Assembly: GCF_038007465.1 (NCBI RefSeq)
Contig: NZ_JBBOXF010000001.1
Span: forward strand, 1,206,275 to 1,246,274
DNA: 40,000 bases
Direction of reading: 5' to 3'
DNA from: Sporosarcina sp. FSL K6-1508
Lineage (GTDB): Bacteria > Bacillota > Bacilli > Bacillales_A > Planococcaceae
Each line of letters begins with the position of its first letter. Positions within the stretch are counted from its first letter, which is position 1. The notes beneath the pieces were generated by a model. The model searched no databases. It saw nothing but the letters and a program-made list of their open reading frames with translations, and was not told where the DNA came from. Positions 1 to 8,260 of the stretch are shown piece after piece. A program made the translations under genes and the position numbers.

Positions 1-6
1 GTAAAA

Positions 7-336
7 ATGACGAAAGTAACAAAGGTTCGGATCGGCACAGTGGATCCGGCGAAGGATGCGCATCTTGACAAACTGCGCGCCGACCACGATGCAGAACATG
101 ATCGCGTAGAAGCTGAAATTAAAGCATTCATCAAGAAAATGAAGGCCGAGCACGGTCCTTCATGCAAGCGATTCAAGGAAGAAACTCACCAGACTTGGGA
201 AAGTATTTTTGATGACCTGGGGATCAGTCAGGAAGATCGCGCTGAAGAATACAGCATCGATGGGAACGGAGTTATTTACCGTCATGACGAGGAGTTGATC
301 GCGGGGGATCCAGAAGATGGCGGGATTTTTCATTGA
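7..336 (+). CDS. hypothetical phage protein (109 aa)
   Basis: Open frame co-oriented with the operon; no recognisable motif. Confidence 0.5.
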   Translation: MTKVTKVRIGTVDPAKDAHLDKLRADHDAEHDRVEAEIKAFIKKMKAEHGPSCKRFKEETHQTWESIFDDLGISQEDRAEEYSIDGNGVIYRHDEELIAGDPEDGGIFH

Positions 337-376
337 CTCTTAAACTGCCATTAAAAAATAGAAAGGTTGATAGACA

Positions 377-817
377 ATGATTCTCAAATTCACTGTATTC
401 GGAGAACCAGTAGCCCAGGGAAGACCCAGGGCTTCGACGATAAATGGCCAGGTCAGGATGTATGATCCAGCCAAGTCTCGCGATTTTAAAAAGTATGTGA
501 AATTGGTAGCTTCGCAGCATCGTCCGAAGGAGTTGCTCACCGGGCCATTAAGAATGGGCGTGAAGGTGTACAAACCTTCCTTGAAAAGTTTCTCGAAAAA
601 GAAAGCTGCAGCTGCGGAAGCTGGAACGCTAAGACCTGTAACCCGGCCTGATGTTGACAACTACGTCAAAGGGGTCAAAGACGGGCTTACTCAAATCATT
701 TGGAATGATGACAGCCAGGTGGTCGATTTGCAAGTTTCCAAGTATTACAGCTCTACACCCCGTGTTGAAATTGAAATTGAGGCCCTTGAATCTCAGGCGC
801 ATCAATTATCTATGTGA
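377..817 (+). CDS. rusA: RusA-family Holliday junction resolvase (crossover junction endodeoxyribonuclease)
   Basis: N-terminal FGEPVAQGRPR, then DPAKSR, RPDVDNYVKGVKDGL and WNDDSQVV..VSKYYS..PRVEIEI. This is the pattern I recall for Bacillus phage RusA/YqaN-type proteins. RBS-like AGAAAGG lies upstream. Confidence 0.8.
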   Translation: MILKFTVFGEPVAQGRPRASTINGQVRMYDPAKSRDFKKYVKLVASQHRPKELLTGPLRMGVKVYKPSLKSFSKKKAAAAEAGTLRPVTRPDVDNYVKGVKDGLTQIIWNDDSQVVDLQVSKYYSSTPRVEIEIEALESQAHQLSM

Positions 818-829
818 GGAGGATATCAA

Positions 830-1459
830 ATGTCGTATGCAAATTTTAAAGCAGTTGTGAAAAAGGTCAACCTAAAGCCGAAGGGTGTCCAGGAAATTGT
901 CCTGGAAGTATCCGGCGATGAATTGAGCGGGCAGTTAGAACGTCTGTCGAAAATGATTGACAATCTAGCGCAGATAGAGTTGGAGTCTACGATTGTCAAT
1001 TACAACATTGAAATCAATGCTGCTACTCGAGAGCCTTTGATTGAATACAAGATCGATAAAGATGGCATTGTCGCAGAGGTCAAGGAACCGGAGCAACTGG
1101 AGTTCCCGGGCTTCCCTAAAGAAGTTATTGAAACCGAACAAGAAGAAGTCGCTCTTGATCGCGAGGCTGTGGACCAATTCATTTTAAGTGATATGGCCCC
1201 ACCTTATGACGATCTGCCAGAAAACATGACTGACATTGCGAGGCGTCGGGTTGAAGGGGACTCCTATATCCGGTTGGCCGATGAATTGGGGATCAGTTCA
1301 GGTAAGATCGTTGAAATAATCGATGATTACAGATGCCGTATTGCTCCTCTTGCTCAAAAGTGGTGGGAATGGAAGCAAGGGCAACCGGAAACGCAGCCGG
1401 AAAACACGGATTCTGATACAGAAGCACGGGATGACGATGCTGACAAAGGCGTGGCATGA
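830..1459 (+). CDS. hypothetical phage protein with C-terminal HTH-like segment (209 aa)
   Basis: GAGGAGG RBS 5 nt upstream. The segment DIARRRVEGDSYIRLADELGISSGKIVEII resembles a sigma region-4/HTH. Acidic tail. Confidence 0.6.
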   Translation: MSYANFKAVVKKVNLKPKGVQEIVLEVSGDELSGQLERLSKMIDNLAQIELESTIVNYNIEINAATREPLIEYKIDKDGIVAEVKEPEQLEFPGFPKEVIETEQEEVALDREAVDQFILSDMAPPYDDLPENMTDIARRRVEGDSYIRLADELGISSGKIVEIIDDYRCRIAPLAQKWWEWKQGQPETQPENTDSDTEARDDDADKGVA

Positions 1460-1513
1460 ATTTGGTCGGGGCGGCTTATGGCTGCCCCTCCTTAAAAATT
1501 AAGGAGTGATCTC

Positions 1514-1777
1514 ATGGAACGAAAATACTTTGAAATAAAGGTCGAGGCAAAATCGAAAGAGGAGCTTTCTGCACGTGTAGGCGACAACGAATCACGCGGC
1601 TTTGAGGTTGCCCGTTATTACGAATACGAAAAAGAGGGAAATTCCTGGTTGGATGGCGGTTATAGGAATCGGGACGGTGCGAAGTATCGACACGCGGGGA
1701 ACTCTTCTCATAAGTTTTACGGGGCTGTAATGCGCCGGGATAACGATAAGCGCGAAAGAAGGCAGGCTCATGGATAG
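1514..1777 (+). CDS. hypothetical phage protein (87 aa)
   Basis: AAGGAG RBS upstream of the ATG; co-oriented. Confidence 0.55.
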   Translation: MERKYFEIKVEAKSKEELSARVGDNESRGFEVARYYEYEKEGNSWLDGGYRNRDGAKYRHAGNSSHKFYGAVMRRDNDKRERRQAHG

Positions 1778-1952
1778 GCCAGCAAGCTTATTTATGATTT
1801 GTGACAATTGCCGTGCTGTCTTGATCATCCCGCAGCTAATTGAATACTCATTGGACCGCTTCAATTTTATTCATTGCGATGAATGTAAGCATATTCATGA
1901 CGACCTTGTTGAATTAAAGAATTTCGCCAAGCGGTCGAGGGCTTATGAATGA
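1770..1952 (+). CDS. small zinc-ribbon-like protein (60 aa)
   Basis: CDNC...CDEC cysteine pairs; start overlaps the previous stop. Confidence 0.45.
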   Translation: MDRPASLFMICDNCRAVLIIPQLIEYSLDRFNFIHCDECKHIHDDLVELKNFAKRSRAYE

Positions 1953-2131
1953 ACAAAGTTATTATTTCTGACGTTCGCCCTGGTTGGATGCGTCGTGAGG
2001 ATGAAGGTGTCGCCTGCATGACTCGTTGCCGGCTGTATAGGCACTGTATCAGCAAGATGGGATTTGATTGCAAGAAGTTGGGCGGAGATAATATTCCGGT
2101 TCTGAAGGAAAGAAAAAATGGAGGTGCATGA
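1949..2131 (+). CDS. hypothetical small protein (60 aa)
   Basis: ATGA start/stop overlap with the preceding ORF. Confidence 0.4.
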   Translation: MNKVIISDVRPGWMRREDEGVACMTRCRLYRHCISKMGFDCKKLGGDNIPVLKERKNGGA

Positions 2132-2134
2132 TCG

Positions 2135-2503
2135 TTGGTAGACACATGTAAAGTTTGTGGTTGTACAGATGAAAATGCTTGCGTGACTTCGGATGGTCCG
2201 TGCTGGTGGGCTGATTCACTCGAAAGAAATTTGTGTAGTTCCTGCGCTGATCGATCTCCTGTTGTAGACGAAACTATTCAATATGACAACCACGGACGCA
2301 TGAAGTTTCACCCGGCTTACCACTTTAATCACGGCAACGAATACACGACGAAAGAGTTGGCCTATATTTGTCAGCATTACCGACTCGGAAACGTAAGGAA
2401 TTTATCCATGGCCGTAGGGCGGACAGAGGGAACGTTGCGCTCGCTTGTTAACCAGTTGCGAAAAGACGGAGAATTTGAACTCTATAAAAATATGAACTTT
2501 TGA
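2135..2503 (+). CDS. Cys-rich hypothetical phage protein (122 aa)
   Basis: N-terminal CxxCGCTDxxAC...CWW...CSSC cysteine cluster; alternative start codon. Confidence 0.5.
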   Translation: MVDTCKVCGCTDENACVTSDGPCWWADSLERNLCSSCADRSPVVDETIQYDNHGRMKFHPAYHFNHGNEYTTKELAYICQHYRLGNVRNLSMAVGRTEGTLRSLVNQLRKDGEFELYKNMNF

Positions 2504-2524
2504 AAGACTAGGAGGATCAAGTGA

Positions 2525-2701
2525 ATGACAGCATTAGAGCAAATAAACGCGATCTCCGGCCTCTTGCCGAAAGAAGTATTGAGAGACATCCAATCGCGAT
2601 CGAGGGACTGGATAAATGGCGGCGGTGGCGAAGATGATCCATATATCTATCAACAGTTGCGATTCGCGAAGTATTTTTTGAAAGGAGGCCGCAGTGAATG
2701 A
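2525..2701 (+). CDS. hypothetical small protein (58 aa, not in ORF track)
   Basis: GGAGG 9 nt upstream of ATG 2525. The stop overlaps the next start (ATGA at 2698-2701). Confidence 0.45.
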   Translation: MTALEQINAISGLLPKEVLRDIQSRSRDWINGGGGEDDPYIYQQLRFAKYFLKGGRSE

Positions 2702-2919
2702 AGAAGGAGCGAGTGATCCGTAAAATAACCCCTTCCTTCGATAGAGCTGTCAATGAATCTAACTATGAAAAAGCACTAAAGGCCATGCCGGATTGGAAAT
2801 CGTCAGACAAGGTCAAAGTTTACGGTGCAGCATCCATTCAAAGTGTGGCGGAGATAAGGTTTTCGGATGCAGCGAAACTGCTGAATAGGCTAACTGAAAA
2901 AGGAAGGATCTCGAGTTGA
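2698..2919 (+). CDS. hypothetical protein (73 aa)
   Basis: AAAGGAGG RBS upstream; translationally coupled to its neighbours. Confidence 0.5.
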   Translation: MKKERVIRKITPSFDRAVNESNYEKALKAMPDWKSSDKVKVYGAASIQSVAEIRFSDAAKLLNRLTEKGRISS

Positions 2920-3083
2920 TCGTAGGGGTACTGATTTTAGTCGTCGGATTATTTATGGTGTCTATCGGTGTTATAGGAATCACTAACGGAGAGGATCGTT
3001 TCGGCGTTAGCGCCTCAATCGCCGGGGCGCTTGCGGTAACTTCAGGATTGATAAAACTATTTCAGAAGATGGGGATATTATGA
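2916..3083 (+). CDS. small two-TM membrane protein (55 aa, TTG start, not in ORF track)
   Basis: Reads LIVGVLILVVGLFMVSIGVIG...ASIAGALAVTSGLIKLF. Overlaps both neighbours by 4 nt (TTGA and ATGA). Confidence 0.4.
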   Translation: MIVGVLILVVGLFMVSIGVIGITNGEDRFGVSASIAGALAVTSGLIKLFQKMGIL

Positions 3084-3304
3084 TTCTAGCGAAAGAGCAG
3101 AAAAGGATCCTTCTTGATGAAGTCGATATTAATTGGGAATTTACAGATAAGGAGACCCTGGTTTTTCGAGAGTTGTGGGAACGAGGAGAAGATATTACGG
3201 AAATTGCTGATTGGCTGCGTCGTCCTGCGCTGGAGGTCGCACTGTTGATTATTGAGCAAGCGGAACTGGGGTATATAAAGCAAAGGGAAAACGGCTTATT
3301 TTAA
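3080..3304 (+). CDS. hypothetical protein (74 aa)
   Basis: Coupled start; possible HTH (DITEIADWLRRPALEVALLI). Confidence 0.5.
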   Translation: MILAKEQKRILLDEVDINWEFTDKETLVFRELWERGEDITEIADWLRRPALEVALLIIEQAELGYIKQRENGLF

Positions 3305-3335
3305 GCTTCGACCAGAAGGAGGATGTTGAGTTGAT

Positions 3336-3569
3336 ATGGCTAAATATAAATGCGTAAAAGTTTTGGAATTAGATGTTTTTGATGATGACGGTTCATTTGT
3401 TGAAAATAAATACTTTGCGGTAGAAGTGGGAAGTGTTTGGGAAAAGGATGAAGAACCGTATAGATTCATTGCGGCAGCTGAGTCTGTTCGTTTGACGGAT
3501 TCTAACGGTAGATGGATGGAGATATACGAGGATGACCTCGCAATTCATTTCGAACGCATAGACGCATAA
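3336..3569 (+). CDS. hypothetical protein (77 aa)
   Basis: AGGAGG RBS upstream. Confidence 0.5.
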   Translation: MAKYKCVKVLELDVFDDDGSFVENKYFAVEVGSVWEKDEEPYRFIAAAESVRLTDSNGRWMEIYEDDLAIHFERIDA

Positions 3570-3603
3570 CGACCATTAAACTTCGCAGAAAGGAGTCAAT
3601 AAA

Positions 3604-3858
3604 ATGGACTTTAAAAAAATAAACAAACGTCAAATAATTTTACAATTAGCACTACAGGAAGCTTTTCGGAAACGTGACGAGTGCCAAATTCATTTTGATC
3701 AACTGGATAAAAAGCTAAGTACCATGACTGCCGACGGTTGTTCTTTTAATGAAAAAGACAAAGTGGTCGAGTCAATGACTTATTTGAAAAGCTGTCGTGA
3801 CGATTGGCAGGAATCAATTGACCACATTAGGGAGTGGCAAGATGAATTAAAAATTTAA
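3604..3858 (+). CDS. hypothetical protein (84 aa)
   Basis: AAAGGAG RBS upstream. Confidence 0.5.
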   Translation: MDFKKINKRQIILQLALQEAFRKRDECQIHFDQLDKKLSTMTADGCSFNEKDKVVESMTYLKSCRDDWQESIDHIREWQDELKI

Positions 3859-3951
3859 TAGGCATATCGATTTATTTAAGCAGAACAGAAAAAAAGACAG
3901 GATTTCTCCCGTCCTTCAGCAAGGATATTATAACACACAGGAGGGGTTCCG

Positions 3952-4170
3952 TTGACTAGAAAGATAGAGATTAGTTTAAGTGAAAACGCGGTCTATAAGG
4001 TTGAAAATGGGAATCTGGAAAAAATAAGCCTGAATACGGACGCGGTGCTGGTGATTAAAAAGAAAGACTTAAAGCTCATAACGAAGCCGGAGAGCGGATT
4101 CGGCGAGCAGCTTATTACCTGGCAAGATGGAAAAATTCATACGGAAAAAGTGAGTTTTACCATGAGATAA
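3952..4170 (+). CDS. hypothetical protein (72 aa, TTG start)
   Basis: AGGAGGGG RBS upstream of the TTG. Confidence 0.45.
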   Translation: MTRKIEISLSENAVYKVENGNLEKISLNTDAVLVIKKKDLKLITKPESGFGEQLITWQDGKIHTEKVSFTMR

Positions 4171-4182
4171 GGGGGCGAAGAT

Positions 4183-4452
4183 GTGGAGGATGTAGGGAAC
4201 AAAATGATTTACCGTGACGGCTTCCTGATTATTATCATTGACCAGCATGTTGTTGACGCTGATCGATTGAAATGGCATGAAGGTGATGAGGGAATCGAAA
4301 TGCTGACACTTAACGAAATATCCGATCAAATCAATACCGAGGGCGTCATTTACGTCTGGACCGAGCTCGGACTGAGTGGAAAGATTTATCAATATGGAAA
4401 TTATGAAGAAATAGGCTGGTGCGTACACGGGAAAACGAAAGGTTATTCATAA
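4183..4452 (+). CDS. hypothetical protein (89 aa; start may be ATG 4204)
   Basis: Open frame followed by a terminator. Confidence 0.45.
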   Translation: MEDVGNKMIYRDGFLIIIIDQHVVDADRLKWHEGDEGIEMLTLNEISDQINTEGVIYVWTELGLSGKIYQYGNYEEIGWCVHGKTKGYS

Positions 4453-4471
4453 TAGGTCTACTGGAACAACC

Positions 4472-4515
4472 AGGGACACTGATTCAGCTTCGCGCTGCTT
4501 TGGTGTCCTTTTTTA
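4472..4515 (+). terminator. rho-independent terminator-like hairpin
   Basis: AGGGACAC (4472-4479) pairs with GTGTCCTT (4503-4510), with inner CAGC/GCTG pairing. A T-run follows. Confidence 0.55.
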
Positions 4516-4548
4516 TTTGAAAATATCACAAACCGAGGAGCGCTTCAG

Positions 4549-4782
4549 ATGAAAATTCTAATAAATATAGCAAACGTAGCAAGAACCGCTTTTTACTTAA
4601 TTTTGTTCAATTTCCTTGCTTTTTGGATCGCTAAGGCGCTAATTTATTTCACTTTGTCCCTTAAATTGTACACGGCGTTCGGTGCGAGGTACGTCGCTGC
4701 TGCTGATCATACTATATTGGGCATCATGGCAACTTGCTTGGCGGTCGCCGTTGGTTGGAAGGGTGATGAACGTTTTTGGTGA
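4549..4782 (+). CDS. small membrane protein (77 aa, 2-3 TM)
   Basis: GAGGAG RBS. Hydrophobic segments FYLILFNFLAFWIAKALIYF and ILGIMATCLAVAVGW. Sits between a terminator and the late regulator. Confidence 0.5.
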   Translation: MKILINIANVARTAFYLILFNFLAFWIAKALIYFTLSLKLYTAFGARYVAAADHTILGIMATCLAVAVGWKGDERFW

Positions 4783-4857
4783 GTTCGACCATATTGTTGA
4801 TGCTAACAAAATGGTCAGTAGTCAAGTATTACTTAACAACTGGGGAGGGGTTATGAC

Positions 4858-5046
4858 ATGCGGACATTTAGAACGGAGTTTGCCAGATTGGGGCTTTCGC
4901 AACCGCGTAGACGAGAGGTAACGCTGAAGAGCAGCGAAACGCAAGACAAGCCGAAGGAACGACTGACAGATAGAGAGCTGCGCGATTTAATGGGGACCAA
5001 TCGCCAGACGTACCACCGAAGGAATGGCGCGATAAGAAGTCGCTAA
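4858..5046 (+). CDS. small basic hypothetical protein (62 aa)
   Basis: GGGGAGGGG upstream; the stop overlaps the next ATG (TAATG). Competes with the overlapping frame 4682-4921. Confidence 0.35.
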   Translation: MRTFRTEFARLGLSQPRRREVTLKSSETQDKPKERLTDRELRDLMGTNRQTYHRRNGAIRSR

Positions 5047-5525
5047 TGGATGAGAGAGGATGGTGCATGATGAACCAGAAAAAAATAGAGCAATTGATTT
5101 ATAACTATACATTCATGTTAAGAGAAGTGATCCGCTTAGAAAGTATGTACTACGGCATTGATTCCTCTCCGTCAAACAGAGGGGTAGCACAGTATGGGTT
5201 AGAGGCTGCAATGCCGAAAGGGTCGGCAATTCGCAGTAGGGCAGAAATGGACGCGATGGACAGGCGGGAGCTTCGTATGTACAACAGGATAATTGATTAT
5301 AGGGCCAAGATCATCTTAATAGAAGATGCTGCGGAGTTATTGGAGAACGATGTCCACCGAGTTATTTTCGATTGCATGACTGATGGGATGAGTTATCGTT
5401 CCATCGGCCAGCACCTGGGCATGTCGCGGAATAGGTTGAATGAAAGCAGGAATGAAATGATCGAGTTTCTCCTTAACACAAACCACTTCAACCAAAAAAG
5501 CCAAAAAGGCCAAAAAGACCATTAA
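5046..5525 (+). CDS. sigma-like late-gene positive control factor (Xpf/ArpU/RinA-type); start may be 5067/5070
   Basis: About 155 aa and immediately upstream of the packaging genes. The C-terminal segment GMSYRSIGQHLGMSRNRLNESRNEMIEFL resembles a region-4 HTH. The position matches xpf in PBSX. Confidence 0.5.
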   Translation: MDERGWCMMNQKKIEQLIYNYTFMLREVIRLESMYYGIDSSPSNRGVAQYGLEAAMPKGSAIRSRAEMDAMDRRELRMYNRIIDYRAKIILIEDAAELLENDVHRVIFDCMTDGMSYRSIGQHLGMSRNRLNESRNEMIEFLLNTNHFNQKSQKGQKDH

Positions 5526-5583
5526 GGCCAAAAAGGCCATTTGGACCAAAAGGGGCCATTAAGGCCAAAAAGACCAAAAGGGA
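5492..5583 (+). repeat. about ten tandem 9-10-bp units, consensus CCAAAAAGR
   Basis: CCAAAAAAG CCAAAAAGG CCAAAAAGA CCATTAAGG CCAAAAAGG CCATTTGGA CCAAAAGGGG CCATTAAGG CCAAAAAGA CCAAAAGGGA. The array straddles the stop codon at 5523-5525. Confidence 0.8.
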
Positions 5584-5702
5584 CACGATTTCCCCTTTTT
5601 GAATCGATGGTTTACACTAGGGTTAGTTCCGGCGAGTTAAGCAAAGCGCTTGACGCTGGTTGCCTGAAGGACACGTTCTCCTTTAGGTAAAGTACATAGG
5701 CG

Positions 5703-5736
5703 AGCTCCGATCATTTTCATTGGTCGGAGTTTTTTC
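5703..5736 (+). terminator. rho-independent terminator
   Basis: CTCCGATC (5705-5712) pairs with GGTCGGAG (5722-5729), 9-nt loop, then TTTTTT. Confidence 0.7.
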
Positions 5737-5768
5737 GTACCTAAAAATCGAAGGGGTGAGGTAGAAGT

Positions 5769-7049
5769 ATGCTGATAAAGAAAATGAAATTGTCTGACCT
5801 GAAGCCAGCTCCATATAACCCGCGGGTCGATCTGCAACCAGGGGATCCTGAATATGAGCAATTAAAAAGATCCGTCTTGGAGTTCGGCCTGGTAGAGACG
5901 ATCGTTTTCAATCAAAGGACCGGATATGTAGTAGGCGGCCATCAGCGGCTGAAGGTTCTGGAAGAATTGGGATACGAAGAACTCGATGTGTCCGTTGTCG
6001 ATTTATCCGATGATCAGGAAAAGGCGCTCAATGTGGCCTTGAATAAAATATCAGGGGATTGGGATGTTCTGAAGCTCAAAGATTTACTGGATGAGCTAGG
6101 CGACAGTGGCTATGATGTAGCGCTAACTGGTTTCGAGTCCGGCGAGTTAGAGGAAATGCTTGACTCTTTGCCGCAAGATACCGAATTAAACGATCCTGTC
6201 GAAGAGGATAACTTCGATGTGGAGCAAGCGCTGGAAGATATTAAGGAACCCGAGACGAAGCACGGCGATGTCTGGAAGCTCGGCCGTCATCTGCTCGTTT
6301 GTGGTGATGCTACAAAAATAAGCGATATTGATAAATTGATGGGTGAAGATAAAGCAGATCTCGTCATTACAGATCCCCCATATAATGTGGCCATAAAAAG
6401 TGACTCAGCAGAACTGAATGAGTCAGGCCGCGGCTTAATCATGAATGATGATATGTCGGATGCGGACTTTGACATCTTCCTGGATGAAGTCTTCAGGAGC
6501 TACGCTCATTTAATGAGTGATGCTGCCGGTATTTATGTGTTCCACGGATCCTCTTATCAAAGAGAATTCCAGAATGCGATGAACGCCAACGGATTGGAAA
6601 TCAGGCAACAGTGCATATGGGTGAAGAATGCGCCTGCCTTTGGTTGGTCTCAGTATAGGTGGCAGCATGAACCGTGTTTCTATGCATTTAAGAAAGGTAA
6701 AGCGCCGAGTTGGTATGGCGGCAGAACGCAATCAACCGTTTGGCGTGCTGGTTTACTTGAAGATGTTCCTGAACCATCCACTGTATGGGAAGTAAGCCGT
6801 GGAAACATAAATAATTATGTCCACCCTACACAGAAGCCTTTGGAGCTTATCGCGATTCCCCTTGTGAACAGTAGTAAGAAAGGAGATATTGTTGTTGATT
6901 TATTCGGCGGCAGCGGATCCACTCTTATGACCTGTGAACAAACTGATAGGGAGTGTCGAACGCTAGAGCTTGATCCTGTATTTTGCGATGTCATAAAACG
7001 ACGCTTCTATGAATCTGCAGGAATAGAGCCGGTCTTGGTTAACGGATAA
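5769..7049 (+). CDS. ParB-like nuclease domain fused to a DNA methyltransferase (N6-adenine/N4-cytosine type)
   Basis: The N-terminus (LKPAPYNPR....VVGGHQRLKVLEELG) is a ParB/Srx-type motif. Catalytic DPPYN (ITDPPYNV) lies mid-protein and AdoMet motif DLFGGSGST lies near the C-terminus, which is the beta-class order. Confidence 0.8.
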   Translation: MLIKKMKLSDLKPAPYNPRVDLQPGDPEYEQLKRSVLEFGLVETIVFNQRTGYVVGGHQRLKVLEELGYEELDVSVVDLSDDQEKALNVALNKISGDWDVLKLKDLLDELGDSGYDVALTGFESGELEEMLDSLPQDTELNDPVEEDNFDVEQALEDIKEPETKHGDVWKLGRHLLVCGDATKISDIDKLMGEDKADLVITDPPYNVAIKSDSAELNESGRGLIMNDDMSDADFDIFLDEVFRSYAHLMSDAAGIYVFHGSSYQREFQNAMNANGLEIRQQCIWVKNAPAFGWSQYRWQHEPCFYAFKKGKAPSWYGGRTQSTVWRAGLLEDVPEPSTVWEVSRGNINNYVHPTQKPLELIAIPLVNSSKKGDIVVDLFGGSGSTLMTCEQTDRECRTLELDPVFCDVIKRRFYESAGIEPVLVNG

Positions 7050-7069
7050 TAAGAACAGGGGGGATAACC

Positions 7070-7309
7070 GTGCAGCAAAAAGGCATCAAGCCTATAAGTG
7101 ACGAAGAGCTCGACTTCTTAATAATGGAGCGCGAGATCGAGTTAGCGAGTAACCTCATCGATTCTAAAGAGAAGTACCGGAAGATCATAAATGCAGGCAT
7201 TGCTCGTTGGGTGAAGGATTTCCAGAACGGCCAGATAAAGATCGAGACCGTTGACGACTTGAAGAAGCTGATCGAGATTGACCTGGAGCTTCAGAAAGAT
7301 GATTACTGA
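7070..7309 (+). CDS. hypothetical protein (79 aa, GTG start)
   Basis: GGGGGA RBS-like sequence upstream; co-oriented. Confidence 0.45.
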   Translation: MQQKGIKPISDEELDFLIMEREIELASNLIDSKEKYRKIINAGIARWVKDFQNGQIKIETVDDLKKLIEIDLELQKDDY

Positions 7310-7354
7310 AAACGAACACAGCACGAGTAACGCTGGAGGTGGCGGTGATGTGAA

Positions 7355-8260
7355 ATGCCGGATTGGAATGAAATAAGGCAAGAGTGGGAAACCAGCAAAA
7401 TCACTCTTAAGGCTTTGGCAGAAAAGTACGGAGTGAAAATCGGGACGCTGAAAAGCAGAAGAAGCCGCGAGAAGTGGTCGCGTGATTCCCCGTTAAAAAA
7501 AGATGCATCCGTTAATGAAAGGGATGCAACCCCTGCTGATAGGGATGCAACCCCAAGAATGGGCCCTCCGACAGGCAACAAGAATGCAGTTGGCAATCGC
7601 GGCGGAGCGCCAAAAGGAAATCAGAGGGCTGCGGGTAACCGTGGAGGTAGACCGGCATACGGCAATAAAAATGCTGTTACCACCGGCGAATATGAAACGA
7701 TCATGTGGGACTTTTTAGATGAAGATGAAAAAGAATTATTCGACTCCATCGAGACTGACCCCCTTTATCAAATAGACATAACCATACGGGAGCTCTCATT
7801 GAGGCAGCGGCGCATGATGAAAAGAATAAGAGAGATCGAGGACGGATTGAGCGAGAAGGGGCGGCGGGTACTGCAAGAGTTGAAGAACTCGAAGGACGTT
7901 CATTTGGTTGAAAAAGACGGTGTGAGCAGAAAAGTCCCCATTAATAGATCCGCTCTTGTCGTGACGCAAGTCGAGGAAAATCAATTCCGAAAAATAGACG
8001 ATCTATTGAGTATTGAAGAGGCGTTAACCAGGATAACTAACCAGCTTGTTCGATCCGTCAAGCAGAAGCATGATATGGAGAAAGCCTATTTGGAACATCC
8101 ATTGAAATTGGATCAGCTGCGTGCTGGTATTGACAGGGTGAAGGCTGAGACGGAAATCCTGAATGGTGAGAAGGGTAACGGCGGCGCCGATGATTGGGTG
8201 AACGTGTTAAAAGAAGTGGCTGAAAAGCGTCGTGCAGTCCAGGTGAATCGCGATGAGTAA
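7355..8260 (+). CDS. terS: terminase small subunit
   Basis: N-terminal HTH (WNEIRQEWETSKITLKALAEKYGVKIGTLKSRRSREKW). Gly/Asn-rich GNKNAVGNRGGAPKGNQRAAGNRGG repeats typical of this terS family. Overlaps the terL start. Confidence 0.8.
   Translation: MPDWNEIRQEWETSKITLKALAEKYGVKIGTLKSRRSREKWSRDSPLKKDASVNERDATPADRDATPRMGPPTGNKNAVGNRGGAPKGNQRAAGNRGGRPAYGNKNAVTTGEYETIMWDFLDEDEKELFDSIETDPLYQIDITIRELSLRQRRMMKRIREIEDGLSEKGRRVLQELKNSKDVHLVEKDGVSRKVPINRSALVVTQVEENQFRKIDDLLSIEEALTRITNQLVRSVKQKHDMEKAYLEHPLKLDQLRAGIDRVKAETEILNGEKGNGGADDWVNVLKEVAEKRRAVQVNRDE

Noticed and set aside
4682-4921. 79-aa ORF overlapping both the 4549-4782 membrane ORF and the 4858-5046 ORF.
   Set aside because: It has no RBS, overlaps better-supported frames on the same strand, and has an implausible composition.
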